Sequence record: PP582757.1
Strand: one strand, 5' to 3'
Source of the DNA: Klebsiella phage vB_KM5a1-KLB31
Length of the DNA stretch: 64,000 nucleotides
Within the stretch, counting starts at the first letter, position 1, and each line of letters starts with the position of its first letter. The notes beneath the pieces are model-generated. The model had not been told where the DNA came from. It saw nothing but the letters and a program-made list of their open reading frames with translations, and searched no databases. Made by a program: the position numbers and the translations under genes. Shown piece after piece: positions 51,255-59,232 of this stretch.

Positions 51255-51547
51255 TATAAGTCCTCTAGTGAAAATGTATCTTTAAAAAGTTTGTTAACGA
51301 TATGAGCTATTATATCACCATGACAATCCTTTGGTTTACATGTGCAGCCAAGCCTCATACCACGAAGAGTCTCTAAGTGAGCTTTCGTAATTACTCCAGT
51401 TCTAATCTTTTCGATGAATTCAGACTTAAAAGCCGAGATATTTTCATCTCGGCTGCCGTCTTTATATGGGTTGCCCCACATCGTTCCACGTTGAATGTTC
51501 ACATCGAAGTCGGACTGGTATTTATTCACCACCCGACAGACTCTCAT
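51254..51547 (-). CDS. Small Cys/His-motif protein (DUF4326-like)
   Basis: 97 aa. WGNPY...GCTCKPKDCHGD. ATGA-coupled to the upstream ORF. Confidence 0.45.
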   Translation of the reverse strand: MRVCRVVNKYQSDFDVNIQRGTMWGNPYKDGSRDENISAFKSEFIEKIRTGVITKAHLETLRGMRLGCTCKPKDCHGDIIAHIVNKLFKDTFSLEDL

Positions 51548-51771
51548 TCACACGCTCTTAATGCTGCTTGAAGGACTTCAATAAGGTCACGAGCATGGTC
51601 TCGGTCCATATCAAACCCAAGACCAGGCGTATTCATTTTAATACGAATGGTATTATCGTAATTAGGATAACAGACAGCCTGAATTTTCTGCCAGTGTTTG
51701 TCTGTCACTAATTCTATTTTGACCTGGTGAAGCGTATCACCGGGACTATTGCTGTCTGTTCTCTTAATCAT
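51544..51771 (-). CDS. Hypothetical protein
   Basis: 75 aa ORF. ATGA-coupled to td. Confidence 0.4.
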   Translation of the reverse strand: MIKRTDSNSPGDTLHQVKIELVTDKHWQKIQAVCYPNYDNTIRIKMNTPGLGFDMDRDHARDLIEVLQAALRACE

Positions 51772-52634
51772 ACTGCCATCTTCGCTTTAATTGTTGGATG
51801 GGATTCGTAACCGACCAATTTGAAGTCTTTATGAGTCATGACTTCGGTCACATGCTTCAACTGACCAGCAGTTGTTACGCCTTCAGCATTGAAGTTTTCA
51901 GGCCAATTAATTTCTAGTTCACACAGTTCTTTAGGCTTACGACGCAGGATTTCTTCGCATTGTTCTACATGGTTTGAATAGATGTGTGTATTGCCGCCTG
52001 AGAACACGAGGTCACCCGGAATAAGATTACACATCTTAGCTACGATATGCAACAGAGCGGCGTAAGAGGCAATATTAAACGGCAATCCTAAGAACACGTC
52101 TACTGAACGTTGATACCATTGCAGGTCTAAATATCCATTACGGACGTTGAACTGATAGAACATATGGCAAGGAGGCAGAGCCATCTGGTCGATTTCAGCA
52201 GGGTTCCACGCAGAAACAATCTGACGACGATCATTAGGCAGAGCCTTGATACGATCGATGATTTTTACAACTTGGTCAACACCACCAAAATCGCGCCACT
52301 GTTTACCATACACCGGGCCGAGTTCGCCACCAGAGTAGCCAAGGTCCCGAGCCTGATTTTCATAGTTTTCGTCCCAAATAGTTTTACCTTCGATTAATGA
52401 ACCATGCGTACGTTGACGGAGTTCATTAACATTTGTGCTACCGGACAAGAACCAAAGCAATTCAGCAATACAAGCCTTCCATGCTAATTTCTTAGTCGTT
52501 ACAGCCGGGAATCCTTGAGTCAAGTCCCAACGGGCCTTCGTCCCGAATACTGCAATTGTTCCTGTTCCAGTACGGTCATCAGTTTCATAACCAGTGGTAA
52601 GAATATGTTGAATCAGATGTTGGTATTGTTTCAT
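51768..52634 (-). CDS. td: Thymidylate synthase, intron-less
   Basis: 288 aa. Continuous frame with thymidylate synthase core motifs (IWDENYENQ, PPCHMFYQFNV with the catalytic Cys, WNPAEIDQMALPPCH). T4 td is split by a group I intron. Confidence 0.95.
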   Translation of the reverse strand: MKQYQHLIQHILTTGYETDDRTGTGTIAVFGTKARWDLTQGFPAVTTKKLAWKACIAELLWFLSGSTNVNELRQRTHGSLIEGKTIWDENYENQARDLGYSGGELGPVYGKQWRDFGGVDQVVKIIDRIKALPNDRRQIVSAWNPAEIDQMALPPCHMFYQFNVRNGYLDLQWYQRSVDVFLGLPFNIASYAALLHIVAKMCNLIPGDLVFSGGNTHIYSNHVEQCEEILRRKPKELCELEINWPENFNAEGVTTAGQLKHVTEVMTHKDFKLVGYESHPTIKAKMAV

Positions 52635-52987
52635 TCTGCACCTAATATAAAGAGAATCTCACTGCCACGTTTATCGAATCTACCTCTCAGATAGACTGTA
52701 TCTTCATTATAACGCAGATTTTGTGCAGCAATTTCTTTAATCATTTGAACATGACTAATTAGGACCTTAACATGAATGGCGCCATTACTAATACCGTCTG
52801 GCCAGACCTGGAAACCGTTATCAGCATTACGAAGATTCTTAATATTACATTCAATCTCGTAGAAGCCATGGTCAATTGTATTAAACAAATGAGGATTGCG
52901 CTTATACGCATCGATAGTAGGAACCGAACCTTGGATTACAAGAGCCCATTTCTTTTGAACTGCATCACGATCAATAAGGCGAATCAT
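52631..52987 (-). CDS. Hypothetical protein (frd-td interval)
   Basis: Start moved to the internal ATG (MIRLIDRD). Confidence 0.35.
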   Translation of the reverse strand: MIRLIDRDAVQKKWALVIQGSVPTIDAYKRNPHLFNTIDHGFYEIECNIKNLRNADNGFQVWPDGISNGAIHVKVLISHVQMIKEIAAQNLRYNEDTVYLRGRFDKRGSEILFILGAE

Positions 52988-53306
52988 AATGAACCTCTGT
53001 TTCAGGAACGAAGTAGAAATCTGAACCATTCTTTTCGAACTGACCAATCATTGTAACAAAATCGCCTTCAAATGTGATATTACCAATTGAAGCAGCTTTA
53101 AGCCAGGAACGAGTGTTACGTTTCAGGTTAGTAGTGAATTGTTTGAACGGGCCAAACTCACCAGTCATATATTCAGGGTCTTTGCTCTGATATGAATTAC
53201 GAATTTCGTCAATTCGAATACGAAGAGCATAGATGCCTTTGTCAAACTGAGGACCTTTCCATTTAGGTTGGGTCTGGAATTTTTCAATCAAATGGGCTTG
53301 ATACAT
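52971..53306 (-). CDS. Hypothetical protein
   Basis: 111 aa ORF. ATGA-coupled to frd. Confidence 0.4.
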   Translation of the reverse strand: MYQAHLIEKFQTQPKWKGPQFDKGIYALRIRIDEIRNSYQSKDPEYMTGEFGPFKQFTTNLKRNTRSWLKAASIGNITFEGDFVTMIGQFEKNGSDFYFVPETEVHYDSPY

Positions 53307-53905
53307 TATTTCACCTTATAAACCGTTTCGATGATTTGAGTAACTTCATCACATTGATACCAATGATTCTCAACCATTTTATATTGGTTTCGCATAGTAT
53401 AGATGAGCTCTTCAGGCATCTGAACATCAGAGTTAACACGATGGTCTTTAATAATGTTGGTATGAACCACCTGGTCAACCCTGGTAAGCGCCTGTTGAAT
53501 TAATTTCTTACCGCCAATAATACTTACAGCCGTATTATTCCGGCTTACAGTAGTGTCCCAGGGATATTCCTTGGTGGCTGTAGAAGTGATAATAATATCA
53601 CCATTCAAGAAGCGTTCGAACTCATCGTCATACATGATTTCAGATGCATACGTGCCATCTTTAGTCTGAGGCTTTGTACTCAGAGATTTGCAGACAACAA
53701 TATGGCGACGACCCGGCAATGGCTTTCTGAAGCTCATAAAAGTTTTAGAACCCATAATCAAAATGCTATTATCAGTACGAGCCTTGAAGTTTTTCATGTC
53801 CTGAGGAATATGTCCCCACGGAAGTCCATCACCCAGCCCGAAAGCGATTTCATTTCGACCGTCAACGGTCTTCGTATTACAAGTTGCAAATACTAATTGG
53901 AGCAT
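53306..53905 (-). CDS. frd: Dihydrofolate reductase
   Basis: About 199 aa from MLQLVF. TKTVDGRNEIAFGLGDGLPWG, KNFKARTDNSILIMGSKTF, and C-terminus ENHWYQCDEVTQIIETVYK match T4 Frd. Confidence 0.9.
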   Translation of the reverse strand: MLQLVFATCNTKTVDGRNEIAFGLGDGLPWGHIPQDMKNFKARTDNSILIMGSKTFMSFRKPLPGRRHIVVCKSLSTKPQTKDGTYASEIMYDDEFERFLNGDIIITSTATKEYPWDTTVSRNNTAVSIIGGKKLIQQALTRVDQVVHTNIIKDHRVNSDVQMPEELIYTMRNQYKMVENHWYQCDEVTQIIETVYKVK

Positions 53906-54138
53906 CGTTCTTCCCACCATTCAAATACAGTGATTTCTTTAGAGAAGGCATCAGAGTCAATGAACTCGCCATCTTCATCATATAATGTAATGCAAATCAT
54001 AGGATGAACGCATTCACCTTCAGAAGCACAATATGCTTCTTCTACAGCATCTTTTAAGATTTGTGGTTTTACGCCAAGGAAAATCTTTTCGACTTCCAGG
54101 TCACCACGATTATTACGCCATTCAACAAGAGTAATCAT
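53893..54138 (-). CDS. Hypothetical small protein
   Basis: ORF with a GGGGA Shine-Dalgarno before the internal ATG at 54138. Confidence 0.35.
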   Translation of the reverse strand: MITLVEWRNNRGDLEVEKIFLGVKPQILKDAVEEAYCASEGECVHPMICITLYDEDGEFIDSDAFSKEITVFEWWEERCSN

Positions 54139-54139
54139 A

Positions 54140-54355
54140 TTATCCCCAAAGGTCTTCAATCATTTCGAATTCATCTACAAACCAATAACCTTCTTGTTCA
54201 TAGATATCAAGTGGAACATACAAAACAGTACGGCCGTTAGGAGTTCCACCTGCCTGTAAAGTTCGAATTATATCGCCTTTCATGACATGATACAATTGCC
54301 CTGCTACAAGATATTTCTCGCAGTCTTTAGGGACCGGAACGAAGTTAATTTGCAT
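54140..54355 (-). CDS. Hypothetical small protein
   Basis: 71 aa ORF in the frd-32 cluster. Confidence 0.35.
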   Translation of the reverse strand: MQINFVPVPKDCEKYLVAGQLYHVMKGDIIRTLQAGGTPNGRTVLYVPLDIYEQEGYWFVDEFEMIEDLWG

Positions 54356-54594
54356 CAGCGCACCTCGATATAAGCAACATATTTAGGAAGAATATAACCA
54401 TCATCACCTTCACCAATAGCAAAGCGATAGTTATTCCCACGACCTTGTTCCCATACTAAAGTCACAGTATGAAGGGTTCCATAGGTGGTTTCAATAACAA
54501 ACGGCTCATCATAAGCTTCGTTTGAATAAAGCGTATCCAAACAAAAATCAGGTCCAATTTTAACCAGACGAATATCTTTATATTCGAGTTCCAT
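54355..54594 (-). CDS. Hypothetical small protein
   Basis: 79 aa ORF in the frd-32 cluster. Confidence 0.35.
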   Translation of the reverse strand: MELEYKDIRLVKIGPDFCLDTLYSNEAYDEPFVIETTYGTLHTVTLVWEQGRGNNYRFAIGEGDDGYILPKYVAYIEVR

Positions 54595-54839
54595 TATAAT
54601 TTCCTCAGCTCATCACGAATGATGTTAATGAAACGACGTGTCATTTCGATATTAGCTTCGCGGCCTAATCGACTGAAAATGCCTTTGGTCATATCATCAT
54701 AAGTCACAGTCATAACTTTATTAAGCTTTGACAATGCTTCCTTTTGTCCCTTAGTTTCGGCTTCTTTAAGAGCTTTATCAAACTCTTCTTTGTTCATTAT
54801 AATTTGCATCAACCCTGCCTCATTCCACAATGGAAACAA
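54594..54839 (-). CDS. Hypothetical small protein
   Basis: 81 aa ORF in the frd-32 cluster. Confidence 0.35.
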   Translation of the reverse strand: MFPLWNEAGLMQIIMNKEEFDKALKEAETKGQKEALSKLNKVMTVTYDDMTKGIFSRLGREANIEMTRRFINIIRDELRKL

Positions 54840-54887
54840 CGTCCACCTGCAAACATCAGGTGGGCACCACAGTACTTACATTCCCAA

Positions 54888-55208
54888 TCAGAAAGAATTC
54901 GAAACATGCCCACTCGCCTTAACCATTCGGCGAAGAGTTTCCATTCCAGCTTTAACAGCTTCAGAAATTTCTTCAAATGGTGCTTTAGTCAGAATAAAAA
55001 GTGAACCACATTTCTGGCCATGCATGCAACCGTGGATTACCTGGTCATCAAGTGGAATATCACCATAACATGACTCTACTTTGCCAGCAACTTTATTACC
55101 ACGTGAATGTGGGTCAAATTCCAGATGGATATACGACACACCCGGAATAGTTTCAAATTGGCAACGGACCTTAACACGTGGATAACCTGTTACGCTAATT
55201 TTAGACAT
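54888..55208 (-). CDS. Hypothetical Cys/His-containing protein
   Basis: 106 aa. C...C...HGCMHGQKCG pattern suggests possible metal binding. Confidence 0.4.
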   Translation of the reverse strand: MSKISVTGYPRVKVRCQFETIPGVSYIHLEFDPHSRGNKVAGKVESCYGDIPLDDQVIHGCMHGQKCGSLFILTKAPFEEISEAVKAGMETLRRMVKASGHVSNSF

Positions 55209-55486
55209 TATTTCTTCGCCTTAGCAAGTTTGAATGCAGCTTTGAAAGCAGGAACATCGTCGATGTCAATCATGAAGCCACAACCCATACCTTCTTCATA
55301 AAGAGGGCAAAGGTCACAATAGTCATGCCAGGTTTTCTCTTTACCGCCAATTGAGAAGCCAGTGTCCATTGCACATAGGATGTCCTCAACACGTTCGAGT
55401 TCTTCTGGATTCTTATCATGAATACAGAACAGCCATTTGCCACGATATTCAGAACCTAAGTTAATGCTTTCACGTTGAAGTTTCAT
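55208..55486 (-). CDS. Hypothetical Cys-rich small protein
   Basis: 92 aa from the AGGAG-preceded ATG. Contains CIHD...CDLCPL...GCGF. Confidence 0.4.
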   Translation of the reverse strand: MKLQRESINLGSEYRGKWLFCIHDKNPEELERVEDILCAMDTGFSIGGKEKTWHDYCDLCPLYEEGMGCGFMIDIDDVPAFKAAFKLAKAKK

Positions 55487-55489
55487 TTT

Positions 55490-55550
55490 AATCTCCTTGT
55501 TGGTGTAAGAGTATAGTAACATGCTCCTACACCGTTGTACACTATCTTTT
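55490..55550 (-). promoter_or_regulatory. Early-type promoter (GTGTAC -35 variant, TACTAT -10) with an imperfect inverted repeat flanking the -10
   Basis: rc: GTGTACAacGGTGTAGGAGcatgtTACTATaCTCTTACACCaacaAGGAGAttaaaATG. Confidence 0.4.
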
Positions 55551-55784
55551 TAAGGCTTCTTTAAATTTTTCAAGAGAAACCGTATCGCTTGGTACCAGAT
55601 ACACATTGTTAGTCATCCGGCCATCCAACCCGAAGACCTGCACACAGAGGTCGTAATAGTTGTCTTCAACCAAAGACATCATTTTAGGCTGATGGACCAT
55701 ATCAAACAATTGGACAACATTTGTACCAGCCCATTTGTTTGAATTTCCGTCATAACCGTAATCTTCAACTAAGATGTAAATCAT
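55542..55784 (-). CDS. Hypothetical small protein
   Basis: 80 aa ORF in the frd-32 cluster. Confidence 0.35.
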   Translation of the reverse strand: MIYILVEDYGYDGNSNKWAGTNVVQLFDMVHQPKMMSLVEDNYYDLCVQVFGLDGRMTNNVYLVPSDTVSLEKFKEALKR

Positions 55785-55999
55785 GCCATCTCCAGAATTT
55801 CGTTGATGTAAAAAGGGCGAACTTTAGAATTCAGATAGAATTCATCAATGAAGTCGATCAGATTATCAGAAGGACCAGTGATAGTTGCTAACTTAGCATA
55901 GGCTTCACCTACCATTTTCACTTCTAGCTTAACGTTGTACTGAGAAGCAACTTCTTCCGCACGAGCTACATTGTTCACTACGATTTCTAAAGTTTTCAT
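55781..55999 (-). CDS. Hypothetical small protein
   Basis: 72 aa ORF. GGAGAAC Shine-Dalgarno. Confidence 0.4.
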   Translation of the reverse strand: MKTLEIVVNNVARAEEVASQYNVKLEVKMVGEAYAKLATITGPSDNLIDFIDEFYLNSKVRPFYINEILEMA

Positions 56000-56004
56000 T
56001 TTAG

Positions 56005-56058
56005 TTCTCCATGTTGGTGTAGAAGCATAATAACCTGTTTCTACACCGTTGTAAACTA
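56005..56058 (-). promoter_or_regulatory. Early promoter with the -10 inside a 9-bp palindrome
   Basis: rc: GTTTACAacGGTGTAGAAacaggtTATTATgcTTCTACACCaacATGGAGAactaaaATG. Confidence 0.5.
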
Positions 56059-56424
56059 CTTAATGAAATTCTTTTTGATCAAATCAATCATAGCTTCAAA
56101 GTTGGATTGATTGACTTCGATAGTCATTGAAATCAGACCACCTTTATTTGAAACTTCAGAACCTTCTACAACTTCTTCAAAGTAGCAGAATTCTTCTGAG
56201 CAAAGCTCGAAGTAATCGTCACCACTATCATCAGAACGATAGATTTCGCCATTCTTAGTGCGAATTTTGTTCACGAAAGACCCATCACAGAAGCTTGTAT
56301 CAAGAACAGTGAATGTTCCTCCACCTTCTTCAATCAGGTTAACCATGTGTTCATTGTTACTGTTTTCATCAATGAATTGCTGGCGGAGTGTTGGGATTAA
56401 ACGGTATACTTTGCCTTCTTTCAT
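56056..56424 (-). CDS. Hypothetical acidic protein
   Basis: 122 aa ORF in the frd-32 cluster. Confidence 0.4.
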   Translation of the reverse strand: MKEGKVYRLIPTLRQQFIDENSNNEHMVNLIEEGGGTFTVLDTSFCDGSFVNKIRTKNGEIYRSDDSGDDYFELCSEEFCYFEEVVEGSEVSNKGGLISMTIEVNQSNFEAMIDLIKKNFIK

Positions 56425-56434
56425 TTCGGTTTCC

Positions 56435-56677
56435 TCAGTTGCACAGAGCTACAATTTTAGCTTCAAGAGTTTTCATATTTTCGCGATGCAAGTCACGAGT
56501 CTTACCTACGCCTTCTGGATAAGTTCCATCATAAGTGGAATTCTCATTTCCAGTGGCCAGAATTACGAGATGCCACATCATAGATTCCATGAAAGCGTAA
56601 TCTTTTAAAAGAACGCCTTTTTCAATAGCTTTACCACGTTTGGCACGAAGTTTAGACAATTCGTGTGAGCTATGCAT
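56435..56677 (-). CDS. Hypothetical small protein
   Basis: Start at the internal ATG (MHSSHELSKLRAK), adjacent to the upstream stop. Confidence 0.35.
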   Translation of the reverse strand: MHSSHELSKLRAKRGKAIEKGVLLKDYAFMESMMWHLVILATGNENSTYDGTYPEGVGKTRDLHRENMKTLEAKIVALCN

Positions 56678-56678
56678 A

Positions 56679-56900
56679 TTAAGCCTCGATGCTTTCAAGA
56701 GTTTCAGCTTTCATTTCAGGGTCCATACCGACCATGTACTCAGCACGAAGATAATCTTCGATAGTGCAGATGTCACCTTCGATTGTGACCTGAGAATCAA
56801 TCCAACCATGTTCACAAGCAACTTCTTTCAGTTTGTAACGCTCAAGGCAGGTTTCGTTGAAGTATTCATAATCACATACGCTTAAAGTAATACGAGCCAT
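56679..56900 (-). CDS. Hypothetical small protein (first gene after the promoter at 56915-56960)
   Basis: 73 aa from MARITLS. CUGGAGAUACAAAA-AUG Shine-Dalgarno. Confidence 0.4.
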   Translation of the reverse strand: MARITLSVCDYEYFNETCLERYKLKEVACEHGWIDSQVTIEGDICTIEDYLRAEYMVGMDPEMKAETLESIEA

Positions 56901-56914
56901 TTTTGTATCTCCAG

Positions 56915-56960
56915 TTTGTTGGTGTAGGAGCATAATAACCTGTTTTAAAGTCGTTGTAAA
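56915..56960 (-). promoter_or_regulatory. Early promoter (GTTTAC-N17-TATTAT) plus conserved CTCCTACACCAACA leader
   Basis: rc: GTTTACAacgactttaaaacaggtTATTATgctcctacaccaacaaactGGAGA. Confidence 0.5.
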
Positions 56961-56980
56961 CACCTTTGTGCAAAACCCCC

Positions 56981-57045
56981 TAATGGCACATATAAGTTAC
57001 ATTATCCGCAAAAAGTGGGCTTAATGTAACTTATATGTGCCATTA
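56981..57045. repeat. Perfect 24-bp inverted repeat with a 17-nt spacer (taatggcacatataagttacatta ... taatgtaacttatatgtgccatta)
   Basis: The right arm is the exact reverse complement of the left arm. Located between the gene 32 terminator and the next early promoter. Confidence 0.8.
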
Positions 57046-57074
57046 ACAAAAATGGGAACCACTAGGGTTCCCAT
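57046..57074 (-). terminator. Gene 32 terminator; identical copy of the 38872-38900 terminator
   Basis: acaaaaatgggaaccactagggttcccat lies 7 nt after the gene 32 stop. On the minus strand it reads as hairpin plus UUUUUGU. Confidence 0.65.
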
Positions 57075-57080
57075 TCATTA

Positions 57081-57983
57081 TTACAGACCAGCTAACAGGT
57101 CATCCAGACCATCGTCGTCACCACCAGCTTTTACACCGGTATCTTCAACATCTGGAGTGCTTGGTTTGGAGCTAGTGAACTCGGCCATTTCTTTATCGAA
57201 ACCGTCCAGTTCTGCACCCATTGCATCAGCTTTAGAAGCCGCTACAGAAGCAGCACCACCAAGAGCGGCCGTACCCATTACCTGAGCAAATTTCTTCTGG
57301 TTATCTTCCAGAGATTTGAACTTAGCCAGTTCCTGCAGGTCACCCATGTCTTCCATCAGTTTCTTCTGAACTGCTTCGTCATCGATACCTGGGATTTCTG
57401 ACTGATTCAGGAATTTGGAGTCGTCGTAGTTTTTGAAGCCACCGACCATTTTGCATTTCAGTGCGAAGTTAGCACCTTCATAGACACAAGTCACGTCAAC
57501 TGGAGTTTCACCAATCTCAGTATCAACTTCAACCATCTGGTTAATTTTGTCCATGATTTTCTGACCGAAACGATATTTGAATACTTTACCTTCATTAGCA
57601 GGAACAGCAGGGTCTTTAACAACCAGGATGTTAGCCCAGAAAGAAGTTTTACGTTTCAGCAAACGGTATTCTGCTTCATTGGTGTTGAATGAATCATGCT
57701 TGTTCAGGTGAGCACACACTGGGCAAGATTCGAAATCACCGTGAGTAGAAGTACAGTTTTCAATATACCATTTACCATTTTTCTTGAAGCCGTGGTTAAC
57801 CAGTTTCAGGAATGGAGACGGGTTTGCTTCGTTTTTAGAAGGCAGGAAGCGAATCACAGCACTACCAACACCGTCGGTATCTTTCAGTTTCCACTCGTTC
57901 TTATCATCATCATAAGAACCTTTACCACCTTTCATTGCGGACAGTTGAGCCTGAAGTTCTGCTGGGTTTTTGCGCTTAAACAT
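57081..57983 (-). CDS. 32: Single-stranded DNA-binding protein gp32
   Basis: 300 aa. [50 protein letters not shown], and acidic C-terminus DDLLAGL match T4 gp32. Confidence 0.95.
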   Translation of the reverse strand: MFKRKNPAELQAQLSAMKGGKGSYDDDKNEWKLKDTDGVGSAVIRFLPSKNEANPSPFLKLVNHGFKKNGKWYIENCTSTHGDFESCPVCAHLNKHDSFNTNEAEYRLLKRKTSFWANILVVKDPAVPANEGKVFKYRFGQKIMDKINQMVEVDTEIGETPVDVTCVYEGANFALKCKMVGGFKNYDDSKFLNQSEIPGIDDEAVQKKLMEDMGDLQELAKFKSLEDNQKKFAQVMGTAALGGAASVAASKADAMGAELDGFDKEMAEFTSSKPSTPDVEDTGVKAGGDDDGLDDLLAGL

Positions 57984-58060
57984 ATTTGATTACCTTATTT
58001 ACAGTTATTTTTAAAATTTACAGTTTTTAACAGTTTCAATGAACAGTTTTCTTGCTTCGA
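57984..58060 (-). promoter_or_regulatory. Gene 32 5' leader / putative translational operator (A/U-rich with repeated UAAA elements), overlapping the gene 59 3' end
   Basis: rc leader: ...aactgtaaattttaaaaataactgtaaataaggtaatcaaatATG. T4 gene 32 mRNA carries an autoregulatory unstructured A/U-rich operator plus an upstream pseudoknot at this position. Confidence 0.35.
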
Positions 58061-58664
58061 CAGGGTCAATAATAAGAATTTTCTTATATGCATTTAACTT
58101 TGTCGAGTACTTAGACCAGACTAAATCATTTGTTTGGTCATCGTGTTTATTTATTATATCCAAGAAGGAGTCAAGCAAAATAAACGTTTCGAATGAAATA
58201 ACATTCGATTGAAGGAGCTTGAAAATATAGCTCGAGTTCACTTTAGTATTATACTCAAATATCTCTGACAGCGCTTTAACTTCAACTTTCTTACTGAAGT
58301 AATAGATGTTTTTGATATCGTCTTCGAATACTTGTTTTATACGTTTTAACCGACCGATATATTCACGGTAGAAAACGAGTGCGTCAGCATCACTGATGTC
58401 GCCAATCCATGCGTCTTGGTTCGCAACCAAGTTAGACATGAAAATGAGCGTGAGCTCTTTCAAAGTGTATTTATCACTTAATTTTTCGAAGAAATATTTG
58501 TCACGGCGTTTTTGATAGGCACCGTCTGACACTCGCATAACCCAATTGTACTTAACAACATCATAACGCCCATTGAAGTGCTGTTTAATGGCCAAGTACA
58601 AAGTGTAGACACTCTTGCCATTGACCATGCGATTGTTGTTAGCGGGCATGCGAATTTTAATCAT
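58011..58664 (-). CDS. 59: Helicase loader gp59
   Basis: 217 aa, the same length as T4 gp59. MIKIRMPA, YDVVKYNWVMRVSDGAYQKRRDKYFF, NLVANQDAWIGDISDADALVFYREYIGRLK and SSYIFKLLQSNVISFETFILLDSF are near-identical to T4. Confidence 0.9.
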   Translation of the reverse strand: MIKIRMPANNNRMVNGKSVYTLYLAIKQHFNGRYDVVKYNWVMRVSDGAYQKRRDKYFFEKLSDKYTLKELTLIFMSNLVANQDAWIGDISDADALVFYREYIGRLKRIKQVFEDDIKNIYYFSKKVEVKALSEIFEYNTKVNSSYIFKLLQSNVISFETFILLDSFLDIINKHDDQTNDLVWSKYSTKLNAYKKILIIDPVEARKLFIETVKNCKF

Positions 58665-58966
58665 AACAAGAAGTCCAACGTATTTGTTTTCTGAGTACGG
58701 GCCATTGAAGGGCGTAACAGTTTATCGTCAATAGCTTCATTACGAATTTTATCAATAATTCCGGCTGGAATATAACGAGCGAATTGACCTTCTGGAATGG
58801 AGTTTTCTTCTAAGAAAGAAGTCGTAGCTTCAAGATAACCCATTTCACCCTGGGCGACGATAGCTTCAATCGTGAATGCGTTCTGTTGTTTATCCAACAG
58901 AATATTCAAGGGTTCAGTAGGAGCCACTTGGGCTCCATCAAAATCAATTATCGAAGACTGAGTCAT
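58661..58966 (-). CDS. 33: Late transcription co-activator gp33
   Basis: 101 aa (T4 gp33 is 112 aa). ATGA-coupled to gene 59. Position 59-33-dsbA. Confidence 0.7.
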   Translation of the reverse strand: MTQSSIIDFDGAQVAPTEPLNILLDKQQNAFTIEAIVAQGEMGYLEATTSFLEENSIPEGQFARYIPAGIIDKIRNEAIDDKLLRPSMARTQKTNTLDFLL

Positions 58967-59222
58967 ACAGCTCTACCACTTCAGTTTTTTCGTCTTCAAA
59001 ACGTTCACGAGTGCCTTTATGATACAGAGCGAACAGTTGATTAAACATCTTACCGTCAACGCCTAGTTCATCTTTAGCTTTGGTACGAAGTTCAGAGACT
59101 TCGCCCATATAGCCTTCGGCTTTCAGTTTTGCATCAGATGCTGATTTAACCAGTTTGGCGAGTTCTTCACCATGGGTATCAGGACAAAATTCAACTTTCA
59201 CTTTTTTAGCTTCTTTAGCCAT
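58944..59222 (-). CDS. dsbA: dsDNA-binding protein DsbA (start at the internal ATG MAKEAKKVKVEF)
   Basis: 92 aa from the ATG at 59222 (T4 DsbA is 89 aa). Position between rnh and gene 33. Confidence 0.65.
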   Translation of the reverse strand: MAKEAKKVKVEFCPDTHGEELAKLVKSASDAKLKAEGYMGEVSELRTKAKDELGVDGKMFNQLFALYHKGTRERFEDEKTEVVELYDSVFDN

Positions 59223-59232
59223 AATATTCACC

